Positions 23,416 through 37,370 of a stretch of DNA of 64,000 nt are shown in pieces. The first letter of the stretch is position 1, and each line of letters starts with the position of its first letter. Origin of the DNA: Selaginella moellendorffii. Lineage: Eukaryota; Plantae; Lycopodiophyta. The stretch covers positions 482,229 to 546,228 of the forward strand of contig NW_003314299.1 of assembly GCF_000143415.4 (NCBI RefSeq), read 5' to 3'. The notes beneath the pieces are model-generated. The model saw nothing but the letters and a program-made list of their open reading frames with translations, made no database searches and was not told the DNA's origin. A program made the position numbers and the translations under genes.

Positions 23416-24043
23416 ATGCCATACCAGCAGCTAGTTTCCTGGAACACCATGCTTGATGCTTATGCCCAAAACGGGTATATGGCAGAAGCAATGGTCATGT
23501 TCAATGCAATGGTGGAGAAGGACTATAATTCTTGCTGGCTATGGCCTTAGTGGCCAGATTTCACTTGCAAGAAAAACTTTTGCCCAGATGCCAGGGAAGA
23601 ATGAAGTTTCTTGGGATGCAATGCTCACTGCATGTACCCAAGCAGGGGATTTTGTTTCTGTGTTTGAGTTGTTTCACACTATGCAGATGGCCGGCATTTA
23701 CAACCAAGTTGGATTTGTCTCCGCTCTCAATGCTCACGGCCAAGTTGGCAGTGTTAAATGTGCTAGAAGTTGCTTTGTTTCGATGGCTTTTGATTGTGGT
23801 ATTCAGCCATGTCACCAGCATTACTCCTGCATAATCGATGGCTTGGCAAGAGCTGGTTACATCGACAATGCAAGAGAACTCATCGGAAACATGCCATTTG
23901 TTCCCACTTCTTTGGATTGGCTGTGCCTTTTAGCTGCATGTCGGAGCCTCGAGTGTGGAACCTGCGTATCAAAATGGGTGTCTGGAATTGCGAGCAGCAG
24001 AGCTATGTATCCTCCCTTGGCAAATGTATGGGCTTGGCATTGA
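23416..24043 (+). pseudogene. PPR-B copy 3, frameshifted
   Basis: A deletion near 23525 breaks the frame relative to the other copies. Confidence 0.82.
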
Positions 24044-24323
24044 TAGAATCTAAGGAAAAAAAAACTGCTGCCTGGATTATGCTGTCAAATTGCTCGAGAA
24101 TTTAAGACTAGAAGTACCAATTGCTCATGCGACTGGATTCTTGATGTTCCCATGAAGCATCGATGCTTCATGGGAAAAAAACAAATCATTTGTCTATATA
24201 ACACCCAACATTCCCAGGATCTGAGCGTGGACCTCCTGGACCAAATCACCAGGGTGAGAGATCGCGAGCAACTTCAATCAAACAGATACCTTGCAATACC
24301 TAGCGATTGAGGTATGTGGAAAG

Positions 24324-26893
24324 CATATTTGCATTTGAACGGGTATGATTAATAAAAAACGCCGTTTAAAACGTGCATATAATATGGCGTTTAAAATGGC
24401 GTTTAAACACCAAGAATATTTTTAAAAACCCTAAAGAATATGCTTTCTTTTACTTAGGATTTAGGGTTCACGTAAAATCAGGGTTTGCAGGATCCGGAAG
24501 CGTTGAGGTAAGTCTGGGATGGGGGGAGGAAGGCAGCCATGCTGGAGCTGGGCTCATGTTCTGTCGACATCCGAGACAAGCCACGGGGTGAGTCCATGGA
24601 AGTGTAAGTATTGCTCAAATACTTACACCGGCACGGCTGAACGAGTTTATGTTCACCTTGGGGGTATGAAAGGAAGGAATGTAGAGATTTGTATAGGACA
24701 GGTGCCACTGGAGGTGGTGAACAAGGCTCGGGCATCTTTTAATTGTGTGGAGCTCACAAAGAGCTCCATGATTGCAGCAAGTCCCCAAGAGAGACTTGCC
24801 TTAGCTCACGAGATTGAGGTCAGTGAGGTGAGCGGTGGTGCCAGCTGCGGGGCAAGTGGTGGGGCTACCGGAGGGCTGGGTGAGGTGAGCAGCGGCAGTG
24901 TTCCACTTTCTGGGAGCAGCAGTCTTAAACGAAGTGCTGCACCGGCGCTGGATGGTGACATTCAAAAGATGATGAAGTCTGCAAAGGTTCAATGTCTGGA
25001 TGATGCCGTGGCCGAGTTCTTCTATGTTGAAAATATCCCTTTCAACACCATTCGGAGGCCAAATCTGAGGAAGTTTCTTCAAGCTGCTATTGACTTCAGC
25101 CCTAGAGCTCTTGCACAGATGATGGGATATGAGAAGCTACGGAGTACACAACTGAAGAAGCTTTATGATAGTGTCAATGCTCGACTTGATCCAATCCATG
25201 AGGGGTGGAGAAGATATGGAGTTAGTATCGTCACCGATGGCTGGTCTAACAACCGTAGCCGATCCTTGATCAACTTCATGGCCTCCAACGTCCAGGGTTC
25301 GGTTTTCTTGAAGTCTATAAATTCCGAGGGCAGGACAAAGACGGGAGAGTGGATTTGGGTTGAGCTGAAGAAAGTGATTCAAGAAGTTGGCGAAAAAAAC
25401 ATTGTTCAGGTGATCACTGACAATGCATCAAACTGTGTGCAAATGGGAGAACTCATGACAGCTGAGTATCCTCACATTCTCCACAGCTAGTGTGTGTGCC
25501 ACGTCTTGGACCTTCTCTTTGAAGACATTGGGAGCTTGTCATGGGTAAAACCACTGGTGAAAGGCTGCAACGAGGTGGTAACTTTTATCACCAAAAAACC
25601 TCATGTTCTGGCTTTGTTTCGGAAGCTGAGCAATGGAGATCTCATCAAGCCGGCGAGCACAAGGCTCGCTTACATGTTTCTAGTGATGTCTCAGCTCCTA
25701 AATCTGACGACCTTGGAGGCATTGAAGGAGATGGTTGTGAGCTCCGAGTGGCGGCGATTGGACGTCACGAAGACCGCCAAAGCCCAGTGCATTCAAACTC
25801 AGATCTTAGAAGAGACTCCTAACTCTTTCTGGACTAGGTGCCAGCACTTGTTGGTGCTGCTTGGACTGCTCCTCAAGGTCTTGAAGCTTGCGGACCGGGA
25901 GGGGGCAACGTCCAGTCTTATTTTCGAGGCTATGGACTGGATGAATGAGAAGCTTTCAGAGGCTGTTGAGACTGGGATTTTAGCCGAGGAAGAGGTCAAG
26001 GAGATCAACAGGTTCATGATGGAGGATCATGGCAAGGGAGGTTGGAAAGCAGCTTGTTGGTTCCAGATGCATTCGATCTTGCATGGAGTTGCTTTTGTTC
26101 TGAACCCAACTTTTCTTCATCTCCCTCTCGACCAGGAGGCTTAGGAAGATTTTGTGGAGTACCTAGAGTTGTATTGCAAAGGAGATTGAGGACTTCAACA
26201 CAAGCTGCTGCACGAGTTTCAGAGTTTCCGTCAACAACTTGGCCATTTGTTTTCTTCGGAGGCAGCAAAGCAGGTGCGTATAAACTGTTTGTTTGTCAAC
26301 TTTTTAAACTGATTCTCTTGTATAGATGGAGAACTGGAAACACCCGGTGAGTTGGTGGAGCAACTTTGGTGTAGGCACACTAGAACTTCAAAGGCTTGCT
26401 TTATGGATCTTGAGTCAGCTAGTTTGTGCTTCACCATGCGAGCGAAACTGGAGCTCATGGAGCATGATCTAGACGAAGAGGAAGTCTCGACTGCTCTCCA
26501 AAAACTTGGAGAAGCTGGTTTTTGTGCACACAAATATGCATGTCATACAGAAGATCGAGTCCGGGAGTTTGAGGCTTATTGAGCATGATCTTGATAACCT
26601 TGAGCTTGAGCCTCAGTGGCAAAGGATCCTTGCACTTCAAGAGGTTGTTGAAGAACCTCTTCAACAACCTGATGATGACAGTGCTAGTGGTGATGATGTT
26701 CTAGATTCGGAGGATGAAGATTAGATTAAACCTATATTATATTATGTTAAACTTTGTTTAGTAACAATTAATTATTTTTTAATTATATTAAAACTGAAAA
26801 CCATTATACCCGTTCAAAAAAAAGCTAGACAGGTATTAAACATTCGATACCCGTTTGAATCCGGTTTTGTTCGAATGTTTGGATGCAAGTATG
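24324..26893 (+). mobile_element. hAT-superfamily DNA transposon (2570 bp)
   Basis: 8-bp TSD GTGGAAAG at 24316-24323 and 26894-26901. Imperfect 17-bp TIRs CATATTTGCATTTGAAC / GTTTGGATGCAAGTATG (13/17). The empty site is present in sibling units. Confidence 0.93.
24519..26724 (+). pseudogene. hAT transposase (BED finger, DUF659-type core, dimerization domain) with stops
   Basis: WKCKYC..H, SIVTDGWS, QVITDNASN, CHVLDLLFEDIG, WWSNFG...CERNWS. In-frame stops at ~25488, 26142 and ~26469. Likely intron ~26274-26325. Confidence 0.88.
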
Positions 26894-27299
26894 GTGGAAA
26901 GTGCAGTAGGCGAAAATTGTGTTTGATGATCTGCTGAGGTGTTTGATTCTATGCGAATGTTCTCAAAACTCTTCATCGAAAACTATCAAACGACCAATGT
27001 TTAATGCCTGACGACGACCATGATAGGTACTAAGAAAGCAAATATTCCTTTGCCCCACGATGCTCACACAAAGCTCTTCGGAGCGATGGAGATGGAACGA
27101 TGCCCTCGTCAAGGCAGCGTGGGGCTGCCTTCTTTGCAATTGACACTCCAGCCGACTCGATCCAACGCCTTGGACTCCTCCAAATCGTCTGGTGCTTGTA
27201 TCCGGCCTAGTCTCGTTGCGATTAAGTCAATGCAAGTGCTACGTCCATATCACCCATGTTTTGTATACACTTCCTTACAGATTGGGCTTCACCAGAACC

Positions 27300-28134
27300 T
27301 TAGACAAGCACGTTTGATTCCTCTGACAACAGCACGCAATGTAGCTCCGACCTCTCAAACTCCTTGAAGGATCGGTCACCAGTGATGTAGAACACAAAGG
27401 CGGGCGGGGACTTGTCAAGGATGTACGTCACTGCTCCAAGAGGGAGGCAGAGCATGGAGACGTGTACCGCAGCAAGTGCTGCCACTAGCCAAGCGAAAAG
27501 AAAGCCGTAGCTTGGGTAAAGCGTCCAGGCCTTCCCGAGTACTGGGAGTGCCATGGCGAAGACTGAGACGGAGATACCTTCCCTGTCAAGCAAAGGGAAA
27601 CTAAAGAATATCACAGCCGCATTGATCTAACACTGTCACACCTGTAATCGAATGTCTGCAGATATGGATCTACAACCGCTGAAACGCCTCCCGTGGAGCA
27701 TCGAAACCAGCTAAAGCCGTTCTCCACAACGTGGAAAGCATCGGCCTCTTTCACCCGGGGACCAGTTGGTCCCCAAGTCTCGGCTGGTTGGAGCACGATA
27801 TTAATCTTAGCACATCCACCAAGAACTTAAAGAACATCATCATAACTTCGCTCTACCTCTTTTTCCCGGCCTGGCGCATCATGTCTGGAAACTCGAAATC
27901 TTAACAAATAGCTCCTCCAATCCGGCCAAGCTCGGTCTTGATGGCAGGCAGAATGGGATCCCCTGGAGTTCCATACCACTCCACGAATGGAAGCTTTTCT
28001 GTAGCTAAATCCAATGGAGCCATCGGGAAGAACGAGGTCGAAATAGTTCCCGACTCTTCCAGTGCTCGCGTCCTTGTACTCGTAAGTGATGCCAATGTAG
28101 GCGCCGTGCTGGGAAGCGATCTGTCCGGCTTTGA
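27300..28134 (-). pseudogene. Lnt-like copy 3, 5' half deleted
   Basis: Exons 2-3 and the end of exon 1 remain, with a stop after GAIC. It joins the peptide promoter at ~28138. Confidence 0.87.
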
Positions 28135-28278
28135 TTTGAATCAGTGCCACGTCGTGACACTTCATCAGAGTGTTCAAGAAACGCAAGACGTAACACTACA
28201 AACTTGCAATTGTCTATCCAATCTTTGAGGAATACGTGCATAAAATCTCGATCATACCTTTATCTTGCGCAATCCAAG

Positions 28279-28461
28279 ATGTGTTTCGGTTTCTCTCAAT
28301 CCTCTAACAGGCGAAAGCAGAGGCGAAGGCGCCCGTCTGCAGCACCGGGCGCCTTCGTGAGTGGTGGCGGAGCTTGTGCTGGCACTGGCGGCGGAGGCTG
28401 TGGTGGCGGTGGCGGCGGTGGTGGTGGTGGTGGCTGCGGAGGCGGCGGTGGAGGCTGCTAA
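28279..28461 (+). CDS. Small Gly/Cys-rich peptide (MCFGF...), copy in unit 4
   Basis: Intact ORF, but the TATA-containing upstream segment is deleted. Confidence 0.6.
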   Translation: MCFGFSQSSNRRKQRRRRPSAAPGAFVSGGGACAGTGGGGCGGGGGGGGGGGCGGGGGGC

Positions 28462-28778
28462 ATACTCTGTATGAGAAATAGCCATGCATATGAATGTTTG
28501 TAAATATACATATTCCTGGGTTTTCCAATTGAACTTGTTTGTTTTTCTACAGCCAAGGATTGAGCTGGCCACGATCTTAGCACTGTTTTGGAACTAGTAA
28601 GTAGAATCTCGTAGAATCTATTCAGCAATTCTATGTACTTCAGGTACTATAGTGATTCAAGTAAAATCCAAAAAAAAGGGAAACATCCACTTACAATACA
28701 ACGTTTTGAGCTCTCTTCTCTTGTCTGCTCTCGAGTAAAAGCTTTGATTCTTCTAGCTCTCTCTCGCCTCCTGTTTTC

Positions 28779-30270
28779 TTACAATTCGCGTCGGGTTCTC
28801 CTTTGGCGGGCGCCCTCGCCTTCCTTCTCAATCTTGTTGCCAGCCGCATCGTCCTCTGCCTTGTCCTTGGAATCGTCCGGGCTGGAGATGTCTTCCTTCT
28901 TGGACTTCTCTACAGTCACCTGTTGCCAGCCGCATCGTCCTCTGCCTGATCCTTGGAATCGTCCGGGCTGGAGATGTCTTCCTTCTTGGACTTCTCTACA
29001 GTCACCTGCGCAAGACAAACAACCATGACAATCCAAAACTCGCGCAACGGTATTGGCTAATTGTACCTTCGTCTTCTTGGGGGGCGATTTCTTGCCACCA
29101 AAAAGAATCTTAAACAGCGTGACCGAAAAGAAAGTTAGAATACGAGACAAAGTCCATGTTCATGTGTTTTACTTACAAGAATCTTTTCCTTCTGTGACGC
29201 CAAAGCCGGGATGTCGGCAACCTTGCGCAGGTACTCAAACATCTTTGCCTGAAAAGATTCAAGGTCGTCACACACACACAAAAAAAAAAAGACGGACAAA
29301 AGAAAACAAAGGAAAAGTACCTGGATGCCGTCAGGACTAGGAGTCACTTCTTCAATTTTTTGCTTCTCCTTCTCAGCCTCGTACTTGGGCTTCCATTTCG
29401 TCTCCCTGTACTCTGCTGCCACAGCCTCGTCGGTCGCCACCAGGATGTTGTCAAAAAGAATGCCGTCCTGCATCGTCCAGATCTCGATCCCTATCGCCGA
29501 GATCGGCTCTAGATCCGGCCTGTCCAACTCGAAGTACTCCGGGTTCGGTATTTGCTTCGGAGCCCAGATCCCCTTGTAAGCCGGGTTGTCGATCATCGGA
29601 GGATACCACTTCCCCTTGTAGTCCGGGTTCCTCTTCATGGGCCTCTTCCATTCTCCACACCCAGACGCTTCCTCACACTTTGGGTTGCTGATCTTCGGGG
29701 GCTCCCACTCGCCATCCTCCTCGTCGTCCCAGTCCGCGGGCTTGCTAGCTTCCGGATCGTCAACCTCGTCCGGCTCGTTGTCCAGCCAGTCATCGGGCTT
29801 GACCGCCTCCGCGTCCTCGATCTCCAGTGGAGCGTCCTCGTCCCAATCCTTGGGCTTGGTCGCTTCCGGATCGGGGATCTTCGCCCGCTCGTCCCAGTCC
29901 TGGGGCTTCTTGTCGTCGGGATCGGGGATGGTCTTGGGCGGGATCACGGCCGGCTCGAAGTCGCTCGAGAGGAGGTCGACGCTCTTCTCCTCCTTGCCGT
30001 CGACGAGGATCTTGAGCGTGTTGTTCGGGTAGATCACTGCTGTGTAGACGTGAGAGAGCTTGTCAGCCACTGGCGATGGCAGGTACTTGAGGTGATGCTC
30101 GATGTGCTTGTCGGATTTGGGGCCCTTGTGCTTGTAGATGAAGTGCACCTTGTTGGTGGTGCCACATTTGTCCAGCCCAAACATGATTGAGCAGGGGGAT
30201 TCGTTGGGCGTCCATTGTAGGAGAAGGAACTTGAGATAGGCGATGCCACACTTTAATTCCTTCTGGAATT
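28779..30270 (-). pseudogene. CNX: Calnexin homolog copy 4, 5'-truncated, TM exon partly deleted, last exon duplicated
   Basis: The P-domain exon is open. There is a deletion at ~29125 and a direct duplication ~28835-29007. Confidence 0.87.
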
Positions 30271-30816
30271 ATAAAGATTGGGTTTAAACCTTAGTCAAAT
30301 AGACAATCACATAAGTGGGGAGTTAAATTATGTTTTAAGTTAGTCAACTATGCTTATCCTTATTATACTCATCAAAAGGTTATGTGGTGAAAAACTTTAA
30401 GACAATATTAGATTTTGTATTTTCACACTAGATTATAACATTGGTATTAAAGCTTAATTTAATTCTCATGGCTGACAAATATAGAAGGAAAACCAAGGTT
30501 GGTAAACCTTAAGAGAAGTACCATGGTGACCAGAGGATAGCTTAAATATGATTGTAGATAATCATTCCTGAAGGATTGTTAAGCATCAAATTAAGGTAAT
30601 AAAATAGAAAAAAGGCTTATAAACAAAACCCTCCTTTGTAAAAAAAATGCATGCTTTAGGATTTTACTTTAGTCCCAAAAATTAATCTTTAAAAAAATCA
30701 CAAAAAGTTATTAAATATAAAATGACACTAGATTGCAAATTTAGATGCAAGAATAACAAAGTGTATATTTGACAAAATGATATGTTAAAGTTTAGTATTG
30801 TGGAGTTCACTATTGT

Positions 30817-31513
30817 ATGTCTATGCAGGATCAAGAGATATGGACTTTGACACGACGATTTTTCGATAAAATGCCATACCAACAGCTAGTTTCTTGGAAT
30901 GCCATGCTTGATGCTTATGCCCAAAACGGGTATATGGTAGAAGCAAGGGTCATGTTCAATGCAATGGTGGAGAAGGACGTAATTTCTTGGACTAGAATGC
31001 TTGCTGCCTATGGCCTTAGTGGCCAGAGTTCACTTGCAAGAAAAACTTTTGCCCAGATGCCAGGAAGGAATAAAGTATCTTGGGATGCAATGCTCAGTGC
31101 ATGTACCCAGGCAGGGGATTCGGTTTCTGTGTTTAAGTTGTTTCACACTGTGCAGATGGCCGGCATTTACAACCAAGTTGGATTTGTCTCCGCTCTCAAT
31201 GCTCACGGCCAAGTTGGCAGTGTTAAATGTGCTAGAAGTTGCTTTGTTTCGATGGCTTTTGATTGTGGCATTCAGCCATGTCACCAGCATTACTCCTGCA
31301 TGATCGATGGCTTGGCAAGAGCTGGTTACATTGACAATGCAAGAGAACTCATCGGAAACATGCCATTTGTTCCCACTTCTTTGGATTGGCTGTGCCTTTT
31401 AGCTGCATGTTGGAGCCTCTGAGTGTGGAACCTGCGTATCTAAATGGGTGTCTGGACTTGCGAGCAGCAGAGCTATGTATCCTCTCCTGGCAAATGTATG
31501 GGCTTGGCATTGA
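30817..31513 (+). pseudogene. PPR-B copy 4 with premature stop at 31420-31422
   Basis: A 1-bp insertion creates TGA before the E-region end. Confidence 0.8.
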
Positions 31514-32164
31514 CAGAATCTAAGGTAAAAAAAACAATGTTACCTGGATTATGTTGTCAATTTGCGAGAATTTAAGACTAGAAGTCAAACTCTTACCAAC
31601 TGCGTTTCATGCTTTCAAATATGCTATATTGCACATTCTATGTGTCTACAACACCCAACATTCCAAGGATCTGAGCGTGGACCTCCTGGACCAAATCACC
31701 AGAGGCTTTCAGGGATCGCGAAGAACTTCAATCAGACAGATACCTTGGAAACCTAATTCTCTACTTTGAGACGTCTTTCTGGCATTTTGTTGAACAAATA
31801 GCAAGGCGGATCGCTTTTTGCCTGCTATTCTATGTGAACATTCTCAAAACTCTTAAAATCTGAATGTTTGATGCCTACTTGCTGCAATGATAGCTACTAA
31901 CGAAGCAAAGACATTGGCCACGATGCTCGCACGAAGCTCTTCGGAACGATGGAGATGGAAGGCGATGCGCCTTGGCACTGCATCGCCTTCTTTGAAATCC
32001 CTTTCCAACTCCGTGACACTCCAGCCGACTTGATCCAACGCCTTGCCTCCAAATCGTGCGGTGCTGCGGTGTCCGGCCTCAAGTCTCGGCATCTAAAAAA
32101 GTGTGATTCTCTCGCTTCACCAAACGGGCGATTAAGTCATGTCACCCATGTTTTGTACACTTGT

Positions 32165-33780
32165 TTACAGATTGGGCTTCACAGGAACCTTGACAAGCAC
32201 GTTTGATTCCTCTGGCAATAGCACGCAACGTAGCTCCGACCTCTCAAACTCCTTGAAGGATCGGTCACCAGTGATGTAGAACACAAAGGCAGGCGGGGAC
32301 TTGTCAAGGATGTACGTCACTGCTCTAAGAGGGAGGCAGAGCATGGAGACGTGTACCGCAGCGAGTGCTGCCACTAGCCAAGCGAAAAGAAAGCCGTAGC
32401 TTGGGTAAAGCGTCCAGGCCTTCCCGAGTATTGGGAGCGCCATGGTGAAGACCGAGTCGGAGATACCTTCCCTGCCAAAGAAACAGAAGAATATTAAAAA
32501 GCTTTGGTTGATCAAAACTGTCACACCTGTAATTGAATGTCTGGAGATATGGATCTACAACCGCTGAAACGCCTCCCGTGGAGCATCGAAACCAACTAAA
32601 GCCATTCTCCACGACACAGAAAGCATCGGCCTCTTTCGCCCGGGGACCGCTTGCTCCCCAAGTCTCGGCTGGTTGGAGCATGATATCAATCCTAAAAACA
32701 TTCACCAGAAACTTAGAGAACACCATCATAACTGTGCTCTACCTCCTTTTCCCGGCCTGGCGCATCAGGTCTGGGAACTCGAAATCGTAACAAATAGCTC
32801 CTCCAATCTGCCCGAGCTCGGTCTTGATGGCAGGAAGAATGGGATCCCCTGGAGTTCCATACCACTCCATGAATGGAACCAAGTGGGATTTCCTGTAGCT
32901 AAATCCAATGGAGCCATCGGGAAGAACGAGGTCGAAATAGTTCCCGACGCTCGCGTCCTTGTACTCGTAAGTGATGCCAACGTAGGCGCCGTAGGAGCTT
33001 GCCCAGGACGCAAGAGACCGGCACTGTTTTCTTCATCGTGATGGCGATGTCCTTCTGGAAGAAATCCCCCGAGAAAATGGAGACCCTGGCGCTGCCGTAG
33101 AACAAGATCGAGAGAGCAATGGCTCCAAACGCCAGGGAGTGGCCGCCATGCAGCTGCGTAGCACGCTTCTTGTCGGATTTTTCCATCTTGGAAAGATTCT
33201 CGTCGAGAACGGCCCTGTCGTGGAGAATCGCCGAGAACCACGCCATGAGGAATGCGATCCCATCGATCCCCCACACGCCGGCGCTCATCACCAGCGGCAA
33301 GATTGTAACCTGGGAAACGGCCGGATGGAGGAAGGAGCCGACGCCGCCGAATCGATTCCACAACAACCACGCCGTGGTCCAGATCGACGCGAATACCAGC
33401 GGCTGGGAGATTCTTGCTCGGTCAAAACGCTTCCTGTAGCCGATGCTTGCAAGAAATGGGAGGAGAAGAAACATCCACAGCGCCAGTGCCCAGATTATTC
33501 CCACAATTGGCACGCTGCTGGCCTTGGAGTTGTCCGGGCTCACCTTTCCCGGGAAGAATGCCAAGAATGCCAGGCTCGCGGCAGTGGTGTGGAGGATGAG
33601 CGCCAGGAGAATTGTGAGCGCCGCAGAGCTCCATGAGCAAGAATTGTGCGAAATCCCTGATTTGTGGAAGAAATGCAGGAGGAAAAATGGTTGGAGCCAA
33701 GAACAAATTGCAACAGATTGGAAACCAGAGAAGAAAGTGCACGCCACCGAGAGAATGACTAACAGTGCCACCTTCCTCAT
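32165..33780 (-). pseudogene. Lnt-like copy 4 with ~155-bp deletion removing the catalytic Glu motif
   Basis: The junction at ~32992 skips the sequence equivalent to ~20161-20315 and shifts the frame. Confidence 0.88.
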
Positions 33781-34963
33781 GTCTCTTGGTGCTTGTTTGA
33801 ATGTAGGTGGTAATTTATATTCTTATTATATTCATCAAAAATTAAATAATTTGTAAGGTGAAAGGATTATACTATAAATATTTAGGGGATATACCTTAAT
33901 CTAGCCGTTTTAATTTTTTAATCAGTGTTTAATACTATATCTTAAATATAAACCAAATGTCTAAAGTTAATTGAAATCTCTCAGAGGAAAAAAAAATTGT
34001 ACTATTTCACTTTTTTATAATACAAGACTCTTATCCTTTTGCCTATATTTACATCTTCTTTCCCACTTGTATTTTTTGAATTATAAAATATTAAGACCAT
34101 GAAATAATTATATTCATTTAAGCTGCCACTTAGAGGTCATTAATATTTGATATGGCCAAAAAGATAACTCACCATCATTTAAAGAATTTTTTTGATTCTT
34201 AGATTATAAATCTTTTAATTTTTGTTTTGTTCCCATCAAGTTGCAAAAGTTTTTGGAAGCAATCTAAAAAAATATTATATTCAAACAGTCTTAGAATAAT
34301 TTAACCACACTAGTTGCATAAAATTTTTAACTTATTTATAGATTGTAAGTAGTAAAAATAAATGACTTGCATAAAAGTTTAAATATAAAAAGAAAGAACC
34401 AATTGAATTTTTCTCTCTGTAGTTTCCAAGAAACACTAGGAAACCCTAAAGATTAGGGCAATGTGCTAGTGTGATTCATAGGATATTTGGGATTAAATAT
34501 TTTTGGGTTTGAATAATAGTGGGTTAGATAACTTCCTAGAAATTGGTTGAGTAGGGGAATTACACTATATGTTTAATTAACATCTAGTAAAAGAATGGCA
34601 TTCTCAGGAAATTACTACTAAAACAATGATCAAATATAAAAGGAAAAAGTTTATGAATAAGAATGCACATATTTTTTCAATCAGTTAAAGATTTTAGGAT
34701 ATTATAGTGAAATATAAAAAAAAAAGCATATGAATAAAACATTTCATTTTCCAATTGATTAAGGATATTAGGCTTTTAAGTGATGGGATAACCACCTTTA
34801 CCACTAACTTTCATATTTTAAAATATTCTACCATCTAATAATTAAATTCGTTTTGTATTTAAACCCTTTTTTAGTATATTCTCGTTTATTCTACTATTTA
34901 ATTTACAAACAAATTATTCTTCTCATAATGAGTTTTTATTATTATCATTAAATATTATGGACT

Positions 34964-36753
34964 ATGAACAGAAACTCTAACATTCATTTTATTCAATCCT
35001 GCAAAGTAAATCTCTCTTGCTTCATAAAGGCTTTGAATCTTAAAAGGAATCATCCACTTGCTGATGATTCCTTCCTCAGCAACAAACTCATCCAGATGTT
35101 TGGCAAATATGGATGCCCACAAGAGGCACGCCAAATCTTTGATACCATCAAACACAAAGACTCCTTTTCGTGGGCTTTCATGTTTCAAGCTTACGCTCAA
35201 AACTCCCATCTTAAACATGCAAAAGAGATCTTCGACAAAATGCCGCAAAAGGATGTCTTTGCATGGACATCCATGCTCTTGGCATATGCCCGAACTGGGC
35301 ATGTTCTCAATGCCCAAAAAACATTTGATGAGATGCCGCAACACAGCCTTCTCTCATGGAACGCAATCCTGTCTGTCCACGCACATAGCTGGGATCTAAA
35401 AAATTCCCAGAGGATTATCTCCGGAATGCCCGAGTATGATCTCGTGTCTTGGAATTCCATTCTTGCGGCATATGCCCGGAACGGGCATGTAGAGGGAGCG
35501 AAACGTGTTTTCGATTCTATGGAGGCTCGTGACCTTGTGTCATGGACGACAATCTTGGTTGCCTTGTCGCAGGGCGGAGATTTGCACGGAGCAAAGCTTT
35601 TGTTTGATGCAATGCCGCAGCACGATCTCGTCGCCTGGACCGCGATGCTTGGCGCGTACGCACTGAACGAGGATGTCGATTCGACACAGAGGATTTTCCG
35701 CGAGATGCCTGAGATAGATCTCGTTTCGTGCAACACCGTGATGCGATGCTGCGTGATGCTAGACAATCAAAGCTTATATTTGACTCCATGCCGCAGAGAG
35801 CTCTCTCGTCGTGGACAACAATGCTCGCTGTTCTTGCCAAGAACAGCCCCGGGGAGGAAACCAAGAGCTTTTTCTATCAAATTCCGGAGCTTGATCTTAC
35901 TTCCTGTACGATAATGCTGCTCTGACAACCCTCAGACTTGGAGCCTGTGAAGGCCACCTTTGATCAAATGCCGCAGCGAGACCTGTGCTCTTGGAACTCT
36001 GTTCTTTCGGTGTATGCCCAATCAGGGCATTGTGACTTTGCTCTTAGACTCTTTAACGAGATGCCCGAAATGGATATGGTTTCGTGGAACACAATGTTAA
36101 ATGCGTTTGTTCTAACTAGCAAACTACGTGAAGCTGCTTTACTCTTTCATAGCATGCTAGAACGCAACGTTGTGACCTGGGATGCTTTAATATCTGCATT
36201 TTCCCGAGAAGGCCATATTGTATACGCAAGGAAACTTTTTGATACAGCCCCTGACAGAGACCAAATCTTGTGGAGCTCCATGATAGCTTCATATGCACAA
36301 GTAAGCACCACTGCCAGCAAGGCCTTTCATCTCTTCAACGAAATGCAGGCCGTCGATTCCCCAAACACATCGTGCTTCGCATCCATCCTGGCCGCAAACA
36401 GCCACAAAGGCAGCTTTCAAGCGGGAAAGAGCTTCTTCGCTTCCATGGTTGTGGATCACGCCATTGAGCCCACAAGGCAGCACTACAGTTGCATGGTAGA
36501 TCTCTTGAGCCGAGCCGGCCACCTTCACGACGCCAAAGATCTAATCTTAAGCATGCCGTTCGTTCCCAGTGCTCTCGAGTGGACGTGCCTTCTCGGAGCA
36601 TGCAAGAGCCACGAGGATTATAACAGTCTTAGACTGGGAGACGATGTAGTGAGATCTGTAATGGATGTAACCGACGCAACTCCCAAGACACCCTATGCTT
36701 TACTAGCGAACGTCTACACAAGCTCCCAAACAAAAAATCCACACTATATGTAA
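34964..36753 (+). pseudogene. PPR-A copy in unit 5 (frameshift ~35753, stop ~35923, 31-bp micro-inversion)
   Basis: Same two downstream lesions as copy 1. Confidence 0.9.
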
Positions 36754-36793
36754 AATCTAAGGACTTACTCTCTCCTGTACACATGAAGTCATT

Positions 36794-37003
36794 TTAATCA
36801 CCTCCGCCACCGCCACCTCCTCCGCCACAGCCCCCACCGCCACAGCCTCCGCCACCACCACAGCCTCCTCCACCGTGGCCTCCACCGTGGTCACCACCAA
36901 AGCCTCCATTGTGGTGGTGGCCACTGCTAAACATTGCTCCCACGAAATCGGAGCGCCTTCTTGGCTTTTGCCTTTTTGGAGATGGAAAGAAACTGAAACA
37001 CAT
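36794..37003 (-). CDS. Small Gly/His/Cys-rich peptide (MCFSFFPSPKR...), second copy, 69 aa
   Basis: Intact ORF paralogous to 4971-5171. Confidence 0.68.
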   Translation of the reverse strand: MCFSFFPSPKRQKPRRRSDFVGAMFSSGHHHNGGFGGDHGGGHGGGGCGGGGGCGGGGCGGGGGGGGGD

Positions 37004-37370
37004 TTTGGATTGAGTGCTTGCAAGGGGGCATAATCTTCTGCTTGTATACAAGGCTAGAAGGCAATGTGAGACTTTGACTCAGAGGAAGCCACGAAGAAAG
37101 CAATGATAGCGCGTGGACCTGGAGAAGTTTATGCAATCAGTGCCACGTCGTGACACTTCATCAGAGTGTTCAAGAAACGCAAGACGTAACACTACAAACG
37201 TGCATTTGTCTATCCAATCTTTGAAGAATACGTGCATAAAATCTCGTCAAATTGCGCGTGAAGGAAGTTGCTTTGCTTGCTCCATATGGGGCCAATCAGA
37301 TGTTCTCCTGCCTACTATATAAGCGCAAGCCTCCTCGCATCGATCATACCTTTATCTTGCGCAATCCAAG

